Positions 13,001 to 26,000 of a stretch of DNA of 64,000 nt are shown one piece after another. Both the position numbers and the translations under genes were made by a program. The notes below the pieces were generated by a model. The model was not told the DNA's origin. It saw nothing but the letters and a program-made list of their open reading frames with translations, and did no database searches. Numbering within the stretch: position 1 is the first letter of the stretch; each line of letters begins with the position of its first letter. Origin of the DNA: Eledone cirrhosa (Eukaryota); assembly GCA_964016885.1 (NCBI GenBank), contig OZ024749.1, positions 12,896,001 through 12,960,000 on the forward strand, given 5' to 3'.

Positions 13001-16000
13001 CATCCGGTCCTCGGCTGTCTTTAATAGAATCTAGTCCACTACACTGCTAGACATAAACCACCACCCAGTTTAACACCCCCATCTGGTCCTCGGCTGTCTT
13101 TAATGGAATCTAGTCCACTACACTGCTAGACATAAACCACCACCCAGTTTAACACCCCCATCCGGTCCTCGGCTGTCTTTAATAGAATCTAGTCCACTAC
13201 ACTGCTAGACATAAACCACCACCCAGTTTAACACCCCCATCTGGTCCTCGGCTGTCTTTAATAGAATCTAGTCCACTACACTGCTAGACATAAACCACCA
13301 CCCAGTTTAACACCCCCATCCGGTCCTCGGCTGTCTTTAATAGAATCTAGTCCACTACACTGCTAGACATAAACCACCACCCAGTTTAACACCCCCATCT
13401 GGTCCTCGGCTGTCTTTAATGGAATCTAGTCCACTACACTGCTAGACATAAACCACCACCCAGTTTAACACCCCCATCTAGTCCTCGGCTGTCTTTAATA
13501 GAATCTAGTCCACTACACTGCTAGACATAAACCACCACCCAGTTTAACACCCCCATCTGGTCCTCGGCAGTCTTTAATAGAATCTAGTCCACTACACAGC
13601 TAGACATAAACCACCACCCAGTTTAACACCCCCATCCTGTCCTCGGCTGTCTTTAATGGAATCTAGTCCACTACACTACTGGACATAAACCACCACCCAG
13701 TTTAACACCCCCATCTAGTCCTCGGCTGTCTTTAATAGAATCTTGTCCACTACACTGCTAGACATAAACCACCACCCAGTTTAACATCACCATCCGGTCC
13801 TCGGCTGTCTTTAATGGAATCTAGTCCACTACACTGCTGGACATAAACCACCACCCAGTTTAACACCCCCATCTAGTCCTCGGCTGTCTTTAATAGAATC
13901 TAGTCCACTACACTGCTAGACATAAACCACCACCCTGTTTAACACCCCCATCTGGTCCTCGGCTGTCTTTAATGGAATCTAGTCCACTACACTGCTAGAC
14001 ATAAACCACCACCCAGTTTAACACCCCCATATAGTCCTCGGCTGTCTTTAATAGAATCTAGTCCACTACACTGCTAGACATAAACCACCACCCAGTTTAA
14101 CACACCCATCTGGTCCTCGGCTGTCTTTAAAAGAATCTAGTCCACTACACTGCTAGACATCAACCACCACCCAGTTTAACAACCCCATCTAGTCCTCGGC
14201 TGTCTTTAATGGAATCTAGTCCACTACACTGCTAGACATAAACCACCACCCTGTTTAACACCCCATCTAGTCCTCGGCTGTCTTTAATAGAATCTAGTCC
14301 ACTACACTGCCAGACATAAACCACCACCCTGTTTAACACCCCCATCTGGTCCTCGGCTGGCTTTAATATAATCTAGTCCACTACACTGCCAGACATAAAC
14401 CACCACCCAGTTTAACACCCCCATCTAGTACTCGGCTGTCTTTAATGGAATCTAGTCCACTACACTGCTAGACATAAACCACCACCCAGTTTAACACCCC
14501 CATCTAGTCCTCGGCTGTCTTTAATAGAATCTAGTCCACTACACTGCTAGACATAAACCACCACCCAGTTTAACACCCCCATCTGCTCCTCGGCTGTCTT
14601 TAATAGAATCTAGTCCACTACACTGCTAGACATAAACCACCACCCAGTTTAACACCCCCATCTAGTCCTCGGCTGTCTTTAATGGAATCTAGTCCACTAC
14701 ACTGCTAGACATAAACCACCACCCAGTTTAACACCCCCATCTAGTCCTCGGCTGTCTTTAATAGAATCTAGTCCACTACACTGCTAGACATAAACCACCA
14801 CCCAGTTTAACACCCCCATCTAGTCCTCGGCTGTCTTTAATGGAATCTAGTCCACTACACTGCTAGACATAAACCACCACCCAGTTTAACACCCCCATCT
14901 AGTCCTCGGCTGTCTTTAATAGAATCTAGTCCACTACACTGCTAGACATAAACCACCACCCAGTTTAACACCCCCATCCGGTCCTCGGCTGTCTTTAATA
15001 GAATCTAGTCCACTACACTGCTAGACATAAACCACCACCCAGTTTAACACCCCCATCCGGTCCTCGGCTGTCTTTAATAGAATCTAGTCCACTACACTGC
15101 TAGACATAAACCACCACCCAGTTTAACACCCCCATCCGGTCCTCGGCTGTCTTTAATAGAATCTAGTCTACTACACTGCTAGACATAAACCACCACCCAG
15201 TTTAACACCCCCATCCGGTCCTCGGCTGTCTTTAATAGAATCTAGTCTACTACACTGCTAGACATAAACCACCACCCAGTTTAACACCCCCATCCGGTCC
15301 TCGGCTGTCTTTAATAGAATCTAGTCCACTACACTGCTAGACATAAACCACCACCCAGTTTAACACCCCCATCCGGTCCTCGGCTGTCTTTAATAGAATC
15401 TAGTCCACTACACTGCTAGACATAAACCACCACCCAGTTTAACACCCCCATCCGGTCCTCGGCTGTCTTTAATAGAATCTAGTCCACTACACTGCTAGAC
15501 ATAAACCACCACCCAGTTTAACACCCCCATCTGGTCCTCGGCTGTCTTTAATAGAATCTAGTCCACTACACTGCTAGACATAAACCACCACCCAGTTTAA
15601 CACCCCCATCCGGTCCTCGGCTGTCTTTAATAGAATCTAGTCCACTACACTGCTAGACATAAACCACCACCCAGTTTAACACCCCCATCTGGTCCTCGGC
15701 TGTCTTTAATGGAATCTAGTCCACTACACTGCTAGATATAAACCACCACCCAGTTTAACACCCCCATCTGGTCCTCGGCTGTCTTTAATAGAATCTAGTC
15801 CACTACACTGCTAGACATAAACCACCACCCAGTTTAACACCCCCATCTGGTCCTCGACTGTCTTTAATAGAATCTAGTCCACTACACTGCTAGACATAAA
15901 CCACCACCCAGTTTAACACCCCCATCCGGTCCTCGGCTGTCTTTAATAGAATCTAGTCCACTACACTGCTAGACATAAACCACCACCCAGTTTAACACCC

Positions 16001-16350
16001 CCATCCGGTCCTCGGCTGTCTTTAATAGAATCTAGTCCACTACACTGCTAGACATAAACCACCACCCAGTTTAACACCCCCATCTGGTCCTCGGCTGTCT
16101 TTAATAGAATCTAGTCTACTACACTGCTAGACATAAACCACCACCCAGTTTAACACCCCCATCCGGTCCTCGGCTGTCTTTAATAGAATCTAGTCCACTA
16201 CACTGCTAGACATAAACCACCACCCAGTTTAACACCCCCATCTGGTCCTCGGCTGTCTTTAATAGAATCTAGTCCACTACACTGCTAGACATAAACCACC
16301 ACCCAGTTTAACACCCCCATCCGGTCCTCGGCTGTCTTTAATAGAATCTA
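10032..16350. repeat. Tandem duplication of a 42-monomer block (period 3317 bp); copies about 10032-13348 and 13349-16350
   Basis: Rare variants recur in the same order at +3317: ACAGCT 10281/13598, GGCTTTAATATAAT ~11042/14359, GTACTCGG 11111/14428, AGTCTAC pair ~11850,11930/15167,15246, CTCGACTG ~12536/15853. 3317 = 42x79-1. Confidence 0.9.
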
Positions 16351-19300
16351 GTCCACTACACTGCTAGACATAAACCACCACCCAGTTTAACACCCCCATC
16401 CGGTCCTCGGCTGTCTTTAATAGAATCTAGTCCACTACACTGCTAGACATAAACCACCACCCAGTTTAACACCCCCATCTGGTCCTCGGCTGTCTTTAAT
16501 AGAATCTAGTCCACTATACTGCTAGACATAAACCACCACCCAGTTTAACACCCCCATCCGGTCCTCGGCTGTCTTTAATAGAATCTAGTCCACTACACTG
16601 CTAGACATAAACCACTACCCAGTTTAACACCCCCATCCGGTCCTCGGCTGTCTTTAATAGAATCTAGTCCACTACACTGCTAGACATAAACCACCACCCA
16701 GTTTAACACCCCCATCCGGTCCTCGGCTGTCTTTAATAGAATCTAGTCTACTACACTGCTAGACATAAGCCACCACCCAGTTTAACACACCCATCTAGTC
16801 CTCGGCTGTCTTTAATGGAATCTAGTCCACTACACTGCTAGACATAAACCACCACCCAGTTTAACACCCCCATCTGCTCCTCGGCTGTCTTTAATAGAAT
16901 CTAGTCCACTACACTGCTAGACATAAACCACCACCCTGTTTAACACCCCCATCTGGTCCTCGGCTGTCTTTAATGGAATCTAGTCCACTACACTGCTAGA
17001 CATAAACCACCACCCTGTTTAACACCCCCATCTGGTCCTCGGCTGTCTTTAATGGAATCTAGTGCACTACACTGCTAGATATAAACCACCACCCAGTTTA
17101 ACACCCCCATCTGGTCCTCGGCTGTCTTTAATAGAATCTAGTCCACTACACTGCTAGACATAAACCACCACCCAGTTTAACACCCCCATCTGGTCCTCGG
17201 CTGTCTTTAATGGAATCTAGTGCACTACACTGCTAGATATAAACCACCACCCAGTTTAACACCCCCATCTGGTCCTCGGCTGTCTTTAATAGAATCTAGT
17301 CCACTACACTGCTAGACATAAACCACCACCCAGTTTAACACCCCCATCTGGTCCTCGGCTGTCTTTAATAGAATCTAGTCCACTACACTGCTAGACATAA
17401 ACCACCACCCAGTTTAACACCCCCATCTGGTCCTCGGCTGTCTTTAATGGAATCTAGTCCACTACACTGCTAGACATAAACCACCACCCAGTTTAACACC
17501 CCCATCTAGTCCTCGGCTGTCTTTAATGGAATCTAGTCCACTACACTGCTAGACATAAACGACCACCCAGTTTAACACCCCCATCTGGTCCTCGGCTGTC
17601 TTTAATAGAATCTAGTCCACTACACTGCTAGACATAAACCACCACCCAGTTTAACACCCCCATCTGGTCCTCGGCTGTCTTTAATGGAATCTAGTCCACT
17701 ACACTGCTAGACATAAACCACCACCCAGTTTAACACCCCCATCCCGTCCTCGGCTGTCTTTAATAGAATCTAGTCCACTACACTGCTAGACATAAACCAC
17801 CACCCAGTGTAACACCCCCATCTAGTCCTCGGCTGTCTTTCATAGAATCTAGTCCACTACACTGCTAGACATAAACCACCACCCAGTTTAACACCCCCAT
17901 CTGGTCCTCGGCTGTCTTTCATGGAATCTAGTCCACTACACTGCTAGACATAAACCACCACCCAGTTTAACACCCCCATCTAGTCCTCGGCTGTCTTTAA
18001 TAAAATCTAGTCCACTACACTGCTAGACATAAACCACCACCCAGTTTAACACACCCATCTGGTCCTCGGCTGTCTTTAAAAGAATCTAGTCCACTACACT
18101 GCTAGACATCAACCACCACCCAGTTTAACACCCCCATCTAGTCCTCGGCTGTCTTTAATGGAATCTAGTCCACTACACTGCTAGACATAAACCACCACCC
18201 TGTTTAACACCCCATCTAGTCCTCGGCTGTCTTTAATAGAATCTAGTCCACTACACTGCCAGACATAAACCACCACCCTGTTTAACACCCCCATCTGGTC
18301 CTCGGCTGGCTTTAATAGAATCTAGTCCACTACACTGCTAGACGTAAACCACCACCCTGTTTAACACCCCCATCTGGTCCTCGGCTGTCTTTAATAGAAT
18401 CTAGTCCACTACACTGCTAGACATAAACCACCACCCAGTTTAACACCCCCATCTAGTCCTCGGCTGTCTTTAATAGAATCTAGTCCACTACACTGCTAGA
18501 CATAAACCACCACCCAGTTTAACACACCCATCTGGTCCTCGGCTGTCTTTAAAAGAATCTAGTCCACTACACTGCTAGACATCAACCACCACCCAGTTTA
18601 ACACCCCCATCTAGTCCTCGGCTGTCTTTAATAGAATCTAGTCCACTACACTGCTAGACATAAACCACCACCCAGTTTAACACACCCATCTGGTCCTCGG
18701 CTGTCTTTAAAAGAATCTAGTCCACTACACTGCTAGACATAAACCACCACCCTGTTTAACACCCCATCTAGTCCTCGGCTGTCTTTAATAGAATCTAGTC
18801 CACTACACTGCCAGACATAAACCACCACCCTGTTTAACACCCCCATCTGGTCCTCGGCTGGCTTTAATAGAATCTAGTCCACTACACTGCCAGACATAAA
18901 CCACCACCCTGTTTAACACCCCCATCTGGTCCTCGGCTGGCTTTAATAGAATCTAGTCCACGACACTGCTAGACATAAACCACCACCCTGTTTAACACCC
19001 CCATCTGGTCCTCGGCTGGCTTTAATAGAATCTAGTCCACTACACTGCTAGTCATAAACCACCACCCTGTTTAACACCCCATCTAGTCCTCGGCTGTCTT
19101 TAATGGAATCTAGTCCACTACACTGCTAGACATAAACCACCACCCAGTTTAACACCCCCATCTGCTCCTCGCCTGTCTTTAATAGAATCTAGTCCACTAC
19201 ACTGCTAGACATAAACCACCACCCAGTTTAACACCCTCATCTAGTCCTCGGCTGTCTTTAATGGAATCTAGTCCACTACACTGCTAGACATAAACCACCA

Positions 19301-19979
19301 CCCAGTTTAACACCCCCATCTGGTCCTCGGCTGTCTTTAATGGAATCTAGTCCACTACACTGCTAGATATAAACCACCATCCAGTTTAACACCCCCATCT
19401 GGTCCTCGGCTGTCTTTAATAGAATCTAGTCTACAACACTGCTAGACATAAACCACCACCCAGTATAACACCCCCATCTGGTCCTCGGCTGTCTTTAATG
19501 GAATCTAGTCCACTACACTGCTAGACATAAACCACCACCCAGTTTAACACCCCCATCTAGTCCTCGGCTGTCTTTAATAGAATCTAGTCCACTACACTGC
19601 TGGACATAAACCACCACCCAGTGTAACACCCCATCTGGTCCTCGGCTGTCTTTAATGGAATCTAGTCCACTACACTGCTAGACATAAACCACCACACAGT
19701 TTAACACCCCCATCCCGTCCTCGGTTGTCTTTAATAGAATCTAGTCCACTACACTGCTAGACATAAACCACCACCCAGTTTAACACCCCCATCTAGTCCT
19801 CGGCTGTCTTTAATAGAATCTAGTCCACTACACTGCTAGACATAAACCACCACCCAGTTTAACACCCCCATCTGGTCCTCGGCTGTCTTTAATGGAACCT
19901 AGTCCACTACACTGCTAGACATAAACCACCACCCAGTTTAACACCCCCATCTAGTCCTCGGCTGTCTTTAATAGAATCT

Positions 19980-21559
19980 AGTCCACTACACTGCTGGACA
20001 TAAACCACCACCCAGTTTAACACCCCCATCTAGTCCTCGGCTGTCTTTAATAGAATCTAGTCCACTACACTGCTGGACATAAACCACCACCCAGTTTAAC
20101 ACCCCCATCTAGTCCTCGGCTGTCTTTAATGGAATCTAGTCCACTACACTGCTAGACATAAACCACCACCCTGTTTAACACCCCCATCTAGTCCTCGGCT
20201 GTCTTTAATAGAATCTAGTCCACTACACTGCTCGACATAAACCACCACCCAGTTTAACACCCCCATCTAGTCCTCGGCTGTCTTTAATGGAATCTAGTCC
20301 ACTACACTGCTAGACACAAACCACCACCCAGTTTAACACCCCCATCTGCTCCTCGGCTGTCTTTAATAGAATCTAGTCCACTACACTGCTAGACATAAAC
20401 CACCACCCAGTTTAACACCCCCATCTAGTCCTCGGCTGTCTTTAATGGAATCTAGTCCACTACACTGCTAGACATAAACCACCACCCAGTTTAACACCCC
20501 CATCTGGTCCTCGGCTGTCTTTAATAGAATCTAGTCCACTACACTGCTGGACATAAACCACCACCCAGTTTAACACCCCCATCTAGTCCTCGGCTGTCTT
20601 TAATGGAATCTAGTCCACTACACTGCTAGACATAAACCACCACCCTGTTTATCACCCCCATCTAGTCCTCGGCTGTCTTTAATAGAATCTAGTCCACTAC
20701 ACTGCTAGACATAAACCACCACCCAGTTTAACACCCCCATCTAGTCCTCGGCTGTCTTTAATGGAATCTAGTCCACTACACTGCTAGACATAAACCACCA
20801 CCCTGTTTAACACCCCCATCTAGTCCTCGGCTGTCTTTAATAGAATCTAGTCCACTACACTGCTAGACATAAACCACCACCCAGTTTAACACCCCCATCT
20901 AGTCCTCGGCTGTCTTTAATGGAATCTAGTCCACTACACTGCTAGACATAAACCACCACCCAGTTTAACACCCCCATCTAGTCCTCGGCTGTCTTTAATA
21001 GAATCTAGTCCACTACACTGCTGGACATAAACCACCACCCAGTTTAACACCCCCATCTAGTCCTCGGCTGTCTTTAATGGAATCTAGTCCACTACACTGC
21101 TAGACATAAACCACCACCCTGTTTAACACCCCCATCTAGTCCTCGGCTGTCTTTAATAGAATCTAGTCCACTACACTGCTAGACATAAACCACCACCCAG
21201 TTTAACACCCCCATCTAGTCCTCGGCTGTCTTTAATGGAATCTAGTCCACTACACTGCTAGACATAAACCACCACCCTGTTTAACACCCCCATCTAGTCC
21301 TCGGCTGTCTTTAATAGAATCTAGTCCACTACACTGCTAGACATAAACCACCACCCAGTTTAACACCCCCATCTAGTCCTCGGCTGTCTTTAATGGAATC
21401 TAGTCCACTACACTGCTAGACATAAACCACCACCCAGTTTAACACCCCCATCTAGTCCTCGGCTGTCTTTAATAGAATCTAGTCCACTACACTGCTGGAC
21501 ATAAACCACCACCCAGTTTAACACCCCCATCTAGTCCTCGGCTGTCTTTAATGGAATCT
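19980..21559. repeat. Local higher-order repeat: 2-mer (158 bp) alternation nested in a 6-mer (474 bp) period
   Basis: Monomer ends alternate AATAG/AATGG over 20 consecutive monomers. The GCTGGAC variant sits in monomers starting 20059, 20533, 21007 and 21481 (spacing 474). Confidence 0.85.
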
Positions 21560-23060
21560 AGTCCACTACACTGCTAGATATAAACCACCACCCAGTTTAA
21601 CACCCCCATCTAGTCCTCGGCTGTCTTTAATGGAATCTAGTCCACTACACTGCTAGACATAAACCACCACCCAGTTTAACACCCCCATCTAGTCCTCGGC
21701 TGTCTTTAATGGAATCTAGTCCACTACACTGCTAGATATAAACCACCACCCAGTTTAACACCCCCATCTGGTCCTCGGCTGTCTTTAATGGAATCTAGTC
21801 CACTACACTGCTAGATATAAACCACCATCCAGTTTAACACCCCCATCTGGTCCTCGGCTGTCTTTAATAGAATCTAGTCTACTACACTGCTAGACATAAA
21901 CCACCACCCAGTATAACACCTCCATCTGGTCCTCGGCTGTCTTTAATGGAATCTAGTCCACTACACTGCTAGACATAAACCACCACCCAGTTTAACACCC
22001 CCATCTAGTCCTCGGCTGTCTTTAATAGAATCTAGTCCACTACACTGCTGGACATAAACCACAACCCAGTGTAACACCCCCATCTGGTCCTCGGCTGTCT
22101 TTAATGGAATCTAGTCCACTACACTGCTAGACATAAACCACCACACAGTTTAACACCCCCATCCCGTCCTCGGCTGTCTTTAATAGAATCTAGTCCACTA
22201 CACTGCTAGACATAAACCACCACCCAGTGTAACACCCCCATCTGGTCCTCGGCTGTCTTTAATAGAATCTAGTCCACTACACTGCTAGACATAAACCACC
22301 ACCCAGTTTAACACCCCCATCTGGTCCTCGGCTGTCTTTAATGGAATCTAGTCCACTACACTGCTAGACATAAACCACCACCCAGTTTAACATCACCATC
22401 CGGTCCTCGGCTGTCTTTAATAGAATCTAGTCCACTACACTGCTAGACATAAACCACCACCCAGTTTAACACCACCATCTGGTCCTCGTCTGTCTTTAAT
22501 GGAATCTAGTCCACTACACTGCTAGATATAAACCACCACCCAGTTTAACACCCCCATCTGGTCCTCGGCTGTCTTTAATGGAATCTAGTCCACTACACTG
22601 CTAGACATAAACCACCACCCAGTTTAACACCCCCATCCCGTCCTCGGCTGTCTTTAATAGAATCTAGTCCACTACACTGCTAGACATAAACCACCACCCA
22701 GTTTAACACCCCCATCCCGTCCTCGGCTGTCTTTAATAGAGTCTAGTCCACTACACTGCTAGACATAAACCACCACCCAGTTTAACATCACCATCCGGTC
22801 CTCGGCTGTCTTTAATGGAATCTAGTCCACTACACTGCTGGACATAAACCACCACCCAGTTTAACACCCCCATCTAGTCCTCGGCTGTCTTTAATAGAAT
22901 CTAGTCCACTACACTGCTGGACATAAACCACCACCCAGTTTAACACCCCCATCCGGTCCTCGGCTGTCTTTAATAGAATCTAGTCCACTACACTGCTAGA
23001 CATCAACCACCACCCAGTTTAACACCCCCATCTAGTCCTCGGCTGTCTTTAATGGAATCT

Positions 23061-26000
23061 AGTCCACTACACTGCTAGACATAAACCACCACCCAGTTTA
23101 ACACCCCCATCTAGTCCTCGGCTGTCTTTAATGGAATCTAGTCCACTACACTGCTAGACATAAACCACCACCCTGTTTAACACCCCCATCTGGTCCTCGG
23201 CTGTCTTTAATGGAATCTAGTGCACTACACTGCTAGATATAAACCACCACCCAGTTTAACACCCCCATCTGGTCCTCGGCTGTCTTTAATAGAATCTAGT
23301 CCACTACACTGCTAGACATAAACCACCACCCAGTTTAACACCCCCATCTGGTCCTCGGCTGTCTTTAATGGAAACTAGTGCACTACACTGCTAGACATAA
23401 ACCACCACCCAGTTTAACACCCCCATCTAGTCCTCGGCTGTCTTTAACAGAATCTAGTCCACTACACTGCTAGACATAAACCACCACCCAGTTTAACACC
23501 CCCATCTGGTCCTCGGCTGTCTTTAATAGAATCTAGTCCACTACACTGCTAGACATAAACCACCACCCAGTTTAACACCCCCATCTGGTCCTCGGCTGTC
23601 TTTAATGGAATCTAGTCCACTACACTGCTAGACATAAACCACCACCCAGTTTAACACCCCCATCCCGTCCTCGGCTGTCTTTAATAGAATCTAGTCCACT
23701 ACACTGCTAGACATAAACCACCACCCAGTGTAACACCCCCATCTGGTCCTCGGCTGTCTTTAATGGAATCTAGTCCACTACACTGCTAGACATAAACCAC
23801 CACCCAGTTTAACACCCCATCTGGTCCTCGGCTGTCTTTAATAGAATCTAGTCCACTACACTGCTAGACATAAACCACCACCCAGTTTAACACCCCCATC
23901 CGGTCCTCGGCTGTCTTTAATAGAATCTAGTCCACTACACTACTGGACATAAACCACCACCCAGTTTAACACCCCCATCTGGTCCTCGGCTGTCTTTAAT
24001 AGAATCTAGTCCACTACACTGCTGGACATAAACCACCACCCAGTTTAACACCCCCATCTAGTCCTCGGCTGTCTCTAATAGAATCTAGTCCACTACACTG
24101 CTAGACATAAACCACCACCCTGTTTAACACCCCCATCTTGTCCTCGGCTGTCTTTATTGGAATCTAGTCCACTACACTGCTAGACATAAACCACCACCCA
24201 GTTTAACACCCCCATCCGGTCCTCGGCTGTCTTTAATAGAATCTAGTCCACTACACTGCTAGACATAAACCACCACCCAGTTTAACACCCCCATCTAGTC
24301 CTCGGCTGTCTTTAATAGAATCTAGTCCACTACACTGCTAGACATAAACCACCACCCTGTTTAACACCCCCATCTAGTCCTCGGCTGTCTTTAATGGAAT
24401 CTAGTCCACTACACTGCTAGACATAAACCACCACCCAGTTTAACACCCCCATCTAGTCCTCGGCTGTCTTTAATGGAATCTAGTCCACTACACTGCTAGA
24501 CATAAACCACCACCCAGTTTAACACCCCCATCTGGTCCTCGGCTGTCTTTAATGGAATCTAGTCCACTACACTGCTAGACATAAACCACCACTCAGTTTA
24601 ACACCCCCATCTAGTCCTCGGCTGTCTTTAATGGAATCTAGTCCACTACACTGCTAGACATAAACCACCACCCAGTTTAACACCCCCATCTAGTCCTCGG
24701 CTGTCTTTAATGGAATCTAGTCCACTACACTGCTAGACATAAACCACCACCCAGTTTAACACCCCCATCTGGTCCTCGGCTGTCTTTAATGGAATCTAGT
24801 CCACTACACTGCTAGACATAAACCACCACCCAGTTTAACACCCCCATCTGGTCCTCGGCTGTCTTTAATGGAATCTAGTCCACTACACTGCTAGACATAA
24901 ACCACCACCCAGTTTAACACCCCCATCTGGTCCTCGGCTGTCTTTAACAGAATCTAGTACACTACACTACTAGACATAAACCACCACCCAGTTTAACACC
25001 CCCATGTAGTCCTCGGCAGTCTTTAATAGAATCTAGTCCACTACACTGCTAGACATAAACCACCACCCAGTTTAACACCCCCATCTGGTCCTCGGCTGTC
25101 TTTAATAGAATCTAGTCCTCTACACTGCTAGACATAAACCACCACCCAGTTTAACACCACCATCTGGTCCTCGGCTGTCTTTAATGGAATCTAGTCCACT
25201 ACACTGCTAGACATAAACCACCACCCAGTTTAACATCACCATCCGGTCCTCGGCTGTCTTTAATAGAATCTAGTCCACTACACTGCTAGACATAAACCAC
25301 CACCCAGTTTAACACCACCATCTGGTCCTCGGCTGTCTTTAATGGAATCTAGTCCACTACACTGCTAGACATAAACCACCACCCAGTTTAACACCCCCAT
25401 CTAGTCCTCGGCTGTCTTTAATGGAATCTAGTCCACTACACTGCTAGACATAAACCACCACCCTGTTTAACACCCCCATCTGGTCCTCGGCTGTCTTTAA
25501 TGGAATCTAGTGCACTACACTGCTAGATATAAACCACCACCCAGTTTAACACCCCCATCTGGTCCTCGGCTGTCTTTAATAGAATCTAGTCCACTACACT
25601 GCTAGACATAAACCACCACCCAGTTTAACACCCCCATCTGGTCCTCGGCTGTCTTTAATGGAATCTAGTGCACTACACTGCTAGACATAAACCACCACCC
25701 AGTTTAACACCCCCATCTAGTCCTCGGCTGTCTTTAATAGAATCTAGTCCACTACACTGCTAGACATAAACCACCACCCAGTTTAACACCCCCATCTGGT
25801 CCTCGGCTGTCTTTAATAGAATCTAGTCCACTATACTGCTAGACATAAACCACCACCCAGTTTAACACCCCCATCTGGTCCTCGGCTGTCTTTAATGGAA
25901 TCTAGTCCACTACACTGCTAGACATAAACCACCACCCAGTTTAACACCCCCATCCCGTCCTCGGCTGTCTTTAATAGAATCTAGTCCACTACACTGCTAG

